A stretch of 32,000 nucleotides of DNA from Aquifex aeolicus VF5 (GTDB taxonomy: Bacteria > Aquificota > Aquificia > Aquificales > Aquificaceae), in NCBI RefSeq assembly GCF_000008625.1, contig NC_000918.1, forward strand, positions 1,440,001 to 1,472,000. The letters are read 5' to 3'. Positions 8,818-15,835 of the stretch are shown here, in pieces. The translations under genes and the position numbers were made by a program. Position 1 is the first letter of the stretch, and every line of letters begins with the position of its first letter. The notes beneath the pieces were generated by a model, which saw nothing but the letters and a program-made list of their open reading frames with translations, had not been told where the DNA came from and did not search any database.

Positions 8818-10275
8818 CTAAATATTAATATAACCCCCAATACTTTTTACGTATCCGATAAATTGTTTATAAACCTCGTCGGAAGATAAGGTTTTTTCGT
8901 TTCCTAGGGTTATGAGTTTTCTTCTCGCCCTAGTAAGTGCAACGTTTAACCTTCTGTAATCCTTTAAAAATCCTATCTCACCCTTTTCATTTGAACGCAC
9001 GAAGGAGATTATTATCACTTCCTTTTCCCTGCCCTGAAAACCGTCAACGGTTTTAACTTCCACTTCAAAATCCTTTAAAAGTTCCTCAAGGAAGTTAACT
9101 TGATCCTCGTAAGGGGAAATTACGCCTATGTGTTCGCTTCTGAGTCCGATTTTCATTAAGTACTCTACTATCTTTACCGCAACCTTTGCCTCTTCTTCGT
9201 TGTAAAAGGATGTGCTTCCCCTTCTTTGTTTTTCCTTTCCTCTTACGTTTATAAAAACTACTACCTTTTCCGGTTCCAGTACGCTTTTGAAAGGTTCAGG
9301 GATTTCCTTCAGTTTTTCTGGATTAATTAGATCTTTTATTGTGTGATTTTCAACACTTTTATCCGCAATGAGTTTTCCTTCGTAAAACATTTTGTTGGAA
9401 AACTCCATTATTTTCTTGTTCATTCTGTACTGAATTCTCAAAATTTCGTATATTTCTTCCCCGTAAAGGTCTAACAGTCTCTCGAAGAGTGTGTAAGAGA
9501 GAGCCTCTTGAGCTTCTTGACTGAGGACCGTTGGAGGTAATTGTTTGTGATCTCCAGCCATTATGAGTTTCTTGCCTTTTATTAAAGGGATTAAACAGGA
9601 GGGTTCTGTTGCCTGAGTAGCCTCGTCTATGATTACAACGTCAAAGTTCAGGTTCTGAAGTACTTCGCTCCCTGCGGTTGAGTTTGTGGTACACACAACC
9701 TGTGCCCTTGAAAGTATTTTGTTTACCGCCTTTTCTTCTTCTTTTTTGGCTTTTTCGTAGAGTTCTTTTACCTTTTCCTGTAGTTTTATCCACTTTGCCA
9801 TACTCCTGAGGATTTTGGGAGAAAGACCTCTCACGGGTGTTCCCGTTTTTGCCCTTTTTAGTATTTCTTCGTCGGATAGCCCTCTCCTGTACCTAGGTTC
9901 AGGTTTTACGTACTTTTTTTGCTCCTCTTTTAAGTTGTCTATTTCTTCGTAAATCTTTCTCGCTTTATCAAATTCTGGTTCAAACTGAACAAGGTAATCA
10001 AGCGTATGCCTCTGTATAGTTTTTAAAACTCTTACGGGGTTTCCAACTCTTACTACTTTTACATTTTCCCTTACAAGTCTTTCCACGAGGTTGTCAACCG
10101 CAACGTTTGAGTCGGCGGTAGCGAGGACTTTATAACCTTCTTGTGCAAGCCTTTTTATGCATTCCACTAAAGTGGTGGTTTTTCCCGTTCCGGGAGGACC
10201 GTGTATGAGGAATACTTTTTCGGCTTTTAAAGCCCTTTCAACTGCCTTTTTCTGATACGCGTTGAGTTTTGTCAT
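8818..10275 (-). CDS. Superfamily 1 helicase of the DNA2/UPF1/SMUBP-2 (IGHMBP2) type, short form
   Basis: GPPGTGKTTTLVE (Walker A), VVIIDEATQATEP, AGDHKQLPP, LRIQYRMN, TVDGFQGREKEVIIISFVRSN, GFLKDYRRLNVALTRARRKLI. The start is placed at Met46 of the supplied ORF (10275) because the upstream extension is antisense to plsC and lacks helicase-like sequence. Confidence 0.9.
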   Translation of the reverse strand: MTKLNAYQKKAVERALKAEKVFLIHGPPGTGKTTTLVECIKRLAQEGYKVLATADSNVAVDNLVERLVRENVKVVRVGNPVRVLKTIQRHTLDYLVQFEPEFDKARKIYEEIDNLKEEQKKYVKPEPRYRRGLSDEEILKRAKTGTPVRGLSPKILRSMAKWIKLQEKVKELYEKAKKEEEKAVNKILSRAQVVCTTNSTAGSEVLQNLNFDVVIIDEATQATEPSCLIPLIKGKKLIMAGDHKQLPPTVLSQEAQEALSYTLFERLLDLYGEEIYEILRIQYRMNKKIMEFSNKMFYEGKLIADKSVENHTIKDLINPEKLKEIPEPFKSVLEPEKVVVFINVRGKEKQRRGSTSFYNEEEAKVAVKIVEYLMKIGLRSEHIGVISPYEDQVNFLEELLKDFEVEVKTVDGFQGREKEVIIISFVRSNEKGEIGFLKDYRRLNVALTRARRKLITLGNEKTLSSDEVYKQFIGYVKSIGGYINI

Positions 10276-10300
10276 TCCTGATTTATATACTAAAACACTG

Positions 10301-10936
10301 ATGTGCCCCTTAACACCTGTAGGTAAGTACTTATTACTGCCCTTGTGGCTAGGTGTAAGGCCCTTCTTCAGAGCTCTCTTTAGGATTGAAGTGATAGGGA
10401 AGGAGAACATTCCGGAGGGAGCGTGTATTGTAGCTTCAAATCACAGGAGTCATTTAGACCCTCCCGTTTTGAACGCAGTGTTTCCGGAACCTCTGGTTTT
10501 TCTTGCAAAGGAAGAACTCTTTAAACCTCCCTTCGGCGGAATTTTAAAGCACATGAGAGCTATACCCTTAAGAAGGGGCTCGGAAGATATATCCACCTTG
10601 GAGGAGTGTGTAAGTTTACTGAAATTGGGCTGTAAGATCGGGATATTTCCGGAAGGCACGAGGGCAAACCCCGGGGAGTTTAAAAGGGCAAAACCGGGGG
10701 TCGGTTTCCTCGCAATAAACAGCGGTTTTCCCGTTCTCCCCGTTTACATAGATGGAACAGACAGAGCTTTCCCGAGGGGGAAAAAGTTCCCAAAACCCTT
10801 CGTAAAGGTAAGTGTGGTTATAGGAAAACCTTTGGAATTCAAGGGTTTAGAACCCAGCGTTAAGAACTACAAGAGAGTTGCAAACGAGATAATGGAAGAG
10901 ATTAAAAAGCTCGCTCAGTCCTTGCACAGGAAGTAA
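10301..10936 (+). CDS. plsC: 1-acyl-sn-glycerol-3-phosphate acyltransferase (PlsC family)
   Basis: NHRSHLDPPVL (HX4D) and FPEGTRANPGEFKRAKPGVGFLA motifs. Start likely at ATG 10301, not 10262, because the 10262 start would overlap the divergent helicase start. Confidence 0.9.
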   Translation: MCPLTPVGKYLLLPLWLGVRPFFRALFRIEVIGKENIPEGACIVASNHRSHLDPPVLNAVFPEPLVFLAKEELFKPPFGGILKHMRAIPLRRGSEDISTLEECVSLLKLGCKIGIFPEGTRANPGEFKRAKPGVGFLAINSGFPVLPVYIDGTDRAFPRGKKFPKPFVKVSVVIGKPLEFKGLEPSVKNYKRVANEIMEEIKKLAQSLHRK

Positions 10937-11556
10937 AAGTAAACCTCCTTTGCTCCGCTTTCAAGGAGTGTTTTTGATACACTCTTCGCAGTGCTTCCCG
11001 TAGTCAGGATGTCGTCAAACACAAGAACTCTTTTTCCCTTGACATTTCCCCTTACTTTGTAAGCACCTTTAAGAAGCCTTTCCCGTTTGCTCGCTTTGTA
11101 CTTTGCAAGGGGACGGGCGTACTTTACTCTTCTTATTACCTTTTCGTAAGCCACTCCTAAGTGTTTCATTATTTCCTCGTTGTGGTCAAATCCCCTCGTC
11201 CACCACCTGAAAAAGTGAACGGGAACGAAGGTAACGAGGTCCGGTTTTACCCTCTCAAGGTATTCGTAAAAGTGAGTCTTAATTTTTTCCGCGAATATCT
11301 TTGAGAAGGGTTTTACGGAGTTGAACTTGTAGAAAAGAATGGCTTCCCTCAGGACACCCTCGTACTTTCCGAAAAACTCGTAATCTTCAAGGTAGGAAAT
11401 TTCAGGCAAATCTTCAAAAAACTCGTGTGGCTTTATACTCTCTATACACTCCTCGCATATAAAACCCTGATCCTTCGGCTTAAAAGGCTTTTGACAAACC
11501 TTGCAGGTATTTTCAGAGAGAAAGAGAAGGTCAAGGAGCCTACCCAACAACTTCAT
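10915..11556 (-). CDS. ComF/GntX-like phosphoribosyltransferase family protein with an N-terminal zinc-finger motif
   Basis: CKVCQKPF...FICEECI zinc ribbon, RGFDHNEEIMKHLG, and VLVFDDILTTGSTAKSVSKTLLESGAKEVYFY (PRPP-binding) are typical of ComFC. Confidence 0.88.
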   Translation of the reverse strand: MKLLGRLLDLLFLSENTCKVCQKPFKPKDQGFICEECIESIKPHEFFEDLPEISYLEDYEFFGKYEGVLREAILFYKFNSVKPFSKIFAEKIKTHFYEYLERVKPDLVTFVPVHFFRWWTRGFDHNEEIMKHLGVAYEKVIRRVKYARPLAKYKASKRERLLKGAYKVRGNVKGKRVLVFDDILTTGSTAKSVSKTLLESGAKEVYFYFLCKD

Positions 11557-12904
11557 AAGTCCTGTACTTCCACTTTGCCCCTAAACTCTTTGCGAGTTCT
11601 TCCGTTTTTTTCATATCTACACCGTCATAGTCCACCGCGGAAACTATGACCTCAAAGCCGAGCCTTTTTGCTTCCTTTATGAATTCTATTACTTTTTCGA
11701 AGGCGTCTTTCTGTGCAGGTCTGCAAACTGCGTTATACGTTTCTGGATCAGGAGCATTCAAACTCACAGAAAAAGTATCCACAATTCCTTTCAACTCCTT
11801 TAATTTCTCCTTCGGAAGGAACGTAAACATAAGGCCGTTAGTGTCAACTCTCACTTTTCCGCCTCTTTCCTTTACCCACTTTGCTATTTCTTTGAGTGCT
11901 GAAAACCTTAAGGTAGGCTCTCCGTATCCGCAAAAGACTACCTCTTCGTACTTTTTAGGGTCTCCTATTTCCCTTATTACCTCTTCAACGCTCGGATCCC
12001 TGTCCACCCATACCCAGTGCCCCTTTACCCAGAAGTTTCTCTCCCTTTCCCTCTGGCAAAATACGCAGTGGAGGTTACACTTATTCGTTAAGTTTATGTA
12101 AAGCTTGTTGTTTATCACGTACGTTATTGTGTTTTTTTTTACCTCGCCGTTTAAGTTAAAGGCGAGTTTGGCATTCTGTGTAGTCATCCTGTCCACGTCT
12201 TCCAGAGAAGTGTTAGGAAGTAGCTCTGCTAAAACCTGAGCGGTGTAGAAAATATTGGTAGGCTTGTTGGGCTTACCCCTTACGGGCTCTGGTGCTAAAA
12301 ATGGAGAGTCCGTTTCGAGGAGTATCCTTGAGGTAGGTGTCCTTTTCGCAACTTCCCTTACACTTTCGGCGTTTTTGTAAGTGAGTATCCCAGAATAAGA
12401 AATGAAGAAGCCCATATCCACGGCTTTTTTCATGGTCTCATATGAACCCGTAAAGCAGTGCATAACTCCCCCGACTTCGTATGCCCCTTCTTCCCTCAGT
12501 ATTCTTATAGTTTCTTCTTCTGCATCTCTCATATGAATGACAACGGGAAGACCAAGTTCCTTCGCTATCTGTATCTGCTTTCTGAAGATTTCCTCTTGTT
12601 TCTTTTTGTCGGAGTAGTTCTTGTAAAAGTCCAGTCCTATCTCTCCGATAGCTCTTACTTTAGGATTTTCTTCCGCGAGCTTTTTCAACCAGTCCAGGTC
12701 TTTATCGGTTACCTTGTCCGCCTCGTGGGGATGAAAGCCAATCGCTATGTAAACCTTATCGTAATTCTTAGCAAACTCTATGGCATTTTTAATAGTCTTT
12801 CTGTCAAAACCCACGTTTATCAAATACTCAAGTCTTTCGTCTTTGAAGGCTTCTTCCCTGTCTTCCTTCTTTAAGAGGTCTAAATGGCAGTGCGTGTCTA
12901 TCAT
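11540..12904 (-). CDS. TatD-family metal-dependent hydrolase fused to a TatD-associated radical SAM domain
   Basis: N-terminal half: MIDTHCHLD, IGEIGLDFYKNYSDKKKQEEIF, VIHMRDA, HCFTGS, LLETDSPFLAP. C-terminal half: NLTNKCNLHCVFCQRE (CxxxCxxC) and VVFCGYGEPTLR typical of radical SAM enzymes. Confidence 0.93.
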   Translation of the reverse strand: MIDTHCHLDLLKKEDREEAFKDERLEYLINVGFDRKTIKNAIEFAKNYDKVYIAIGFHPHEADKVTDKDLDWLKKLAEENPKVRAIGEIGLDFYKNYSDKKKQEEIFRKQIQIAKELGLPVVIHMRDAEEETIRILREEGAYEVGGVMHCFTGSYETMKKAVDMGFFISYSGILTYKNAESVREVAKRTPTSRILLETDSPFLAPEPVRGKPNKPTNIFYTAQVLAELLPNTSLEDVDRMTTQNAKLAFNLNGEVKKNTITYVINNKLYINLTNKCNLHCVFCQRERERNFWVKGHWVWVDRDPSVEEVIREIGDPKKYEEVVFCGYGEPTLRFSALKEIAKWVKERGGKVRVDTNGLMFTFLPKEKLKELKGIVDTFSVSLNAPDPETYNAVCRPAQKDAFEKVIEFIKEAKRLGFEVIVSAVDYDGVDMKKTEELAKSLGAKWKYRTYEVVG

Positions 12905-12937
12905 GGGATTAATAATATAAGAACGGGAATTTTTGAA

Positions 12938-13013
12938 TGGTAGGCGGGGCGGGACTCGAACCCGCGACCTCCGCCTTGTAAGGGCGGCGCTCTCCCAACT
13001 GAGCTACCCGCCT
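12938..13013 (-). tRNA. tRNA-Val (anticodon UAC)
   Basis: Reverse complement AGGCGGGTAGCTCAGTTGGGAGAGCGCCGCCCTTACAAGGCGGAGGTCGCGGGTTCGAGTCCCGCCCCGCCTACCA folds as a canonical cloverleaf: 7-bp acceptor, anticodon stem CCGCC/GGCGG with loop CTTACAA, T-stem GCGGG/CCCGC. Encoded CCA; 76 nt. Confidence 0.97.
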
Positions 13014-13034
13014 TGTTTATAAATAAAAAAAGAG

Positions 13035-13112
13035 TGGCACCCCCGGCGGGATTTGAACCCGCGTTTCCGGCGTGAAAGGCCGGCGTCCTAGGCCAGGCTA
13101 GACGACGGGGGC
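13035..13112 (-). tRNA. tRNA-Glu (anticodon UUC)
   Basis: Reverse complement GCCCCCGTCGTCTAGCCTGGCCTAGGACGCCGGCCTTTCACGCCGGAAACGCGGGTTCAAATCCCGCCGGGGGTGCCA. Anticodon stem CCGGC/GCCGG with loop CTTTCAC, T-stem GCGGG/CCCGC, encoded CCA; 78 nt. Confidence 0.96.
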
Positions 13113-13155
13113 TACCACTCTTCCGTTTTTCTTATCACCCACCTGACAAAAACAT

Positions 13156-13184
13156 ATTATACATAACCACAAATTTCTTGTCAA
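13156..13184 (-). promoter_or_regulatory. Consensus sigma70 promoter upstream of tRNA-Glu/tRNA-Val
   Basis: Reverse complement TTGACA (13184-13179), 17-nt spacer AGAAATTTGTGGTTATG, TATAAT (13161-13156). Both hexamers match the consensus exactly, and the site lies about 45 nt upstream of the tRNA-Glu 5' end. Confidence 0.88.
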
Positions 13185-13188
13185 GACT

Positions 13189-13548
13189 TTAAACTTCTTC
13201 TTTCATTCTCTCTATTAGCTCCTTAATTACCTCGTCCGCTTCGGGGTTTTCTTCCCTTGCTATTATTAGCGTCTCTCCATCCCTGTCCAGAACGAGAGCG
13301 TAAAGCTTTAGTTCCTTAACGTCGTTTTCTAGAGCTACCTTCGTCAATCTAGATACGAAGTTCTCAACACTTTCTGCATCTTTGGGGTTTACCCTTTGCT
13401 CAAATACATCTACACTTTCTTCGTCTACTTCTTCCTCCTTAGGTATAAACACGGCGTAAACGGTTGCCTCTTCGGATAAACCGGTTTTTTCTAAAAAGCG
13501 TTTAAAGAGTTCTTCAACCTGTTGTCTCATTAAGTGCGTTATGCTCAT
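13189..13548 (-). CDS. Uncharacterised acidic 119-aa protein downstream of the gltD-family gene
   Basis: Complete ORF whose start overlaps the upstream stop by 4 nt (ATGA); same strand. Confidence 0.75.
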   Translation of the reverse strand: MSITHLMRQQVEELFKRFLEKTGLSEEATVYAVFIPKEEEVDEESVDVFEQRVNPKDAESVENFVSRLTKVALENDVKELKLYALVLDRDGETLIIAREENPEADEVIKELIERMKEEV

Positions 13549-14975
13549 TTCCTTACCTCCTTGTTACTCATTAAGTATTCGTGTATGTACTTTGCAGCTT
13601 CTTTTCCATGAGCAAGGGCAACTACTACCCTGTCACCGCCGTTTATAACGTCTCCTCCCGCAAATACTCCCTCTAAATTGGTCTCGTACCTTTCGTTCAC
13701 CTCAATCGTCCCCCACTTCGTCGTTTTTATTCCGCTTCCTTCGTAGGCTATTGGGTTTGCCCTCTGCCCTATCGCGAAGATAACCGAGTCGCACTCAATA
13801 ATGTGTTCGGAATTAGGTACTGGAACGGGTCTCGGTCTTCCGCTCTCGTCGGGCTCACCCAGTTCCATCTTTATACACTTGAGCCCTACAACTTCTCCTT
13901 TTTCGTTCCCTATAACTTCCACGGGCTGGGTTAGCCAGTGTATCTTCACTCCTTCTTCCATAAGGTGATCCCACTCTTCCTGTCTTGCGGAAGAGGTTTC
14001 TCTGGTTCTCCTGTAAACTACGTGGGTCTCAACTCCCAGTCTGTTTGCAGTTATGGCACAGTCTACCGCAGTAAATCCACCGCCTATTATTACGGTTCTC
14101 TTCCCGAGTTCTACGGGAACTCCCTTTTTAGGAAACTCGTTTGCCTTGTAGAGGTTTACCCTCATCAAAAAGTCTATCGCGGAATAAACCCCTTTCAGGT
14201 GGTCCCCCGGAAGTCCGAGTTTTCCTCGTCCCGCACCAACCGCTATGAATACAGCGTCGTATTTCTCCCTCAATTCCTGAAGGGTTATGTTCTTTCCTAT
14301 TAAGTATCCGTAAAAAAACTTTATCCCGAGTTTTTCAAGTCTCTTGACTTCCCACTCTATTATGCTCTTGTCCAGTCTGGCGTTGGGAATTCCGTAGTAC
14401 ATAACACCGCCGGGCTTCGGGAGAGCTTCGTAAACGTGCACTTCGTGTCCTTTTTTTGCAAGCTCATGGGCACAGGAAAGCCCCGCTGGTCCCGCCCCTA
14501 TTACCGCAACCCTAAATCCCGTAGGGGGTTCCTTTTCTTCTTCTATTTCTATTCCAGATATCCTTATAAAGTCTCCTACGAACTTCTCAAGTGCTCCGAT
14601 TGCAACCGGAAGACCTTTGTTCTTTCTATTCCTGACCGTGTCGTAGTAAAGGATGCATGAACCTTCACACTGCCTTTCCTGAGGGCAAACTCTCCCGCAT
14701 ATTGAGGGAAATATATCGGATTGAGTTATTACTTTGTACGCACCCACCAAATCACCTTCCGTTATTTTCTTTATAAAGCCGGGAATGTCCACGTGAACGG
14801 GACAGCCCTTTATGCACCTCTGTTCGGCGTCTTTACAAAATAAACAGCGCTGTGCCTCGTCAAGGGCTAAATTTACGGAGTATCCGAGTTCAAACTCCCT
14901 GAAGGTTTTTACCCTTTCTTCTGGCGGGAGAGTGGGTTCTTTATTCCTGTCAAGGTAGCGAATCTTCTTTGCCAT
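13545..14975 (-). CDS. gltD: Glutamate synthase small-subunit (GltD) / NfnB-like FAD- and NADPH-dependent oxidoreductase
   Basis: CLFC..CIKGCPVHVDIPGFI N-terminal Fe-S motif, SICGRVCPQERQCEGSCIL, VAVIGAGPAGLSCAHELAKKGHEVHVYEA, VIGGGFTAVDCAITANRLG, GVFAGGDVINGGDRVVVALAHGKEAAKYIHEYL. Confidence 0.9.
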   Translation of the reverse strand: MAKKIRYLDRNKEPTLPPEERVKTFREFELGYSVNLALDEAQRCLFCKDAEQRCIKGCPVHVDIPGFIKKITEGDLVGAYKVITQSDIFPSICGRVCPQERQCEGSCILYYDTVRNRKNKGLPVAIGALEKFVGDFIRISGIEIEEEKEPPTGFRVAVIGAGPAGLSCAHELAKKGHEVHVYEALPKPGGVMYYGIPNARLDKSIIEWEVKRLEKLGIKFFYGYLIGKNITLQELREKYDAVFIAVGAGRGKLGLPGDHLKGVYSAIDFLMRVNLYKANEFPKKGVPVELGKRTVIIGGGFTAVDCAITANRLGVETHVVYRRTRETSSARQEEWDHLMEEGVKIHWLTQPVEVIGNEKGEVVGLKCIKMELGEPDESGRPRPVPVPNSEHIIECDSVIFAIGQRANPIAYEGSGIKTTKWGTIEVNERYETNLEGVFAGGDVINGGDRVVVALAHGKEAAKYIHEYLMSNKEVRK

Positions 14976-15014
14976 AGGTTAAGATGATAAACTCTCCTTT
15001 AAGATATTCAAGTT

Positions 15015-15485
15015 ATGGAATCATTAAAAGAGACTCTGGAAGCTTTCGTTGAGGGGTACGGATACATAGGTATATTCTTAATAGCCTTTACGGAAAGCAT
15101 AATCCAACCAGTTCCTCCGGATCCATTTATAGCCGGAGCGACAGCCTTCGGGTTAAATCCCTTAATTTCGGCCCTCGTTGCAACCTTGGGAAGCGTTCTA
15201 GGGGGACTCGTTGCCTACTTCCTCGGAAGAGTATTCGGTGAACCTGTAGCAAAAAAATTACTCGGTGAAGAGAAATTTTTAAAAGCGGAAGCCTTTTACC
15301 ACAGGTACGGAGTCTGGGCTGTCATAATAGCTGGCTTGACTCCCATACCCTTTAAGGTATTTTGCTGGCTTTCGGGAATACTCGAACTAGAAGTGGGGAG
15401 GTTTACTTTGGCTTCCTTTATAGGCAGGTTTCCGAGGTTTTTCCTCTTTGCCCTGTTTGGACACTCAATTCAGGGTTTCCTATAA
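15015..15485 (+). CDS. Small VTT/DedA-like (YqaA-type) membrane protein
   Basis: ESIIQPVPPDPFIAGATAFG, GSVLGGLVAYFLGRVFG, and FKVFCWLSGILELEVGRFTLASFIGRFPRFFLFALFG match the SNARE-associated/VTT topology. Confidence 0.85.
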   Translation: MESLKETLEAFVEGYGYIGIFLIAFTESIIQPVPPDPFIAGATAFGLNPLISALVATLGSVLGGLVAYFLGRVFGEPVAKKLLGEEKFLKAEAFYHRYGVWAVIIAGLTPIPFKVFCWLSGILELEVGRFTLASFIGRFPRFFLFALFGHSIQGFL

Positions 15486-15496
15486 AATATTTCCTT

Positions 15497-15835
15497 ATGA
15501 GTTTCTTAGTGTTTGTAAGCATGACTCCGCTCGGAAAAGGAGAGAGTGTAAGCCAGTACGTTGCGAGGGTTGTTGACATTATAGATAAATCCGGACTGCC
15601 TTACGTCCTCACTCCCATGGGAACGATAATAGAGGGAGAAGACTGGGACGAGGTTATGGAAGTTCTAAAAAAGGGCTTTGAGGCACTGAAGGAGGACTGT
15701 AACCGTATATCTATAACTATGAAAATAGATTACAGGAAAGGAAAGAAGGGAAGGCTTATTCAAAAGGTTAAATCCGTTCAGGAGAAGATAGGAAGGGATA
15801 TAAACATAGCTACCGTTGAAGAAAAGAAGGAATGA
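15497..15835 (+). CDS. MTH1187/YkoF-like (UPF0045) small putative thiamine-binding protein
   Basis: MSFLVFVSMTPLGKGESVSQYVARVVDIIDKSGLPYVLTPMGTIIEGEDWDEVMEVLKKGFEAL is typical. Start placed at ATG 15497, internal to the supplied ORF starting 15362. Confidence 0.88.
   Translation: MSFLVFVSMTPLGKGESVSQYVARVVDIIDKSGLPYVLTPMGTIIEGEDWDEVMEVLKKGFEALKEDCNRISITMKIDYRKGKKGRLIQKVKSVQEKIGRDINIATVEEKKE

Noticed and set aside
10276-10410. 45-aa N-terminal extension of the helicase ORF (MFSFPITSILKRALKKGLTPSHKG...)
   Set aside because: It is antisense to the start of plsC and contains no helicase sequence. The start at 10275 is more consistent.
15362-15496. N-terminal extension of the MTH1187-like ORF
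   Set aside because: It overlaps the 3' end of the VTT/DedA-like gene in another frame, while the family-like sequence begins at ATG 15497.
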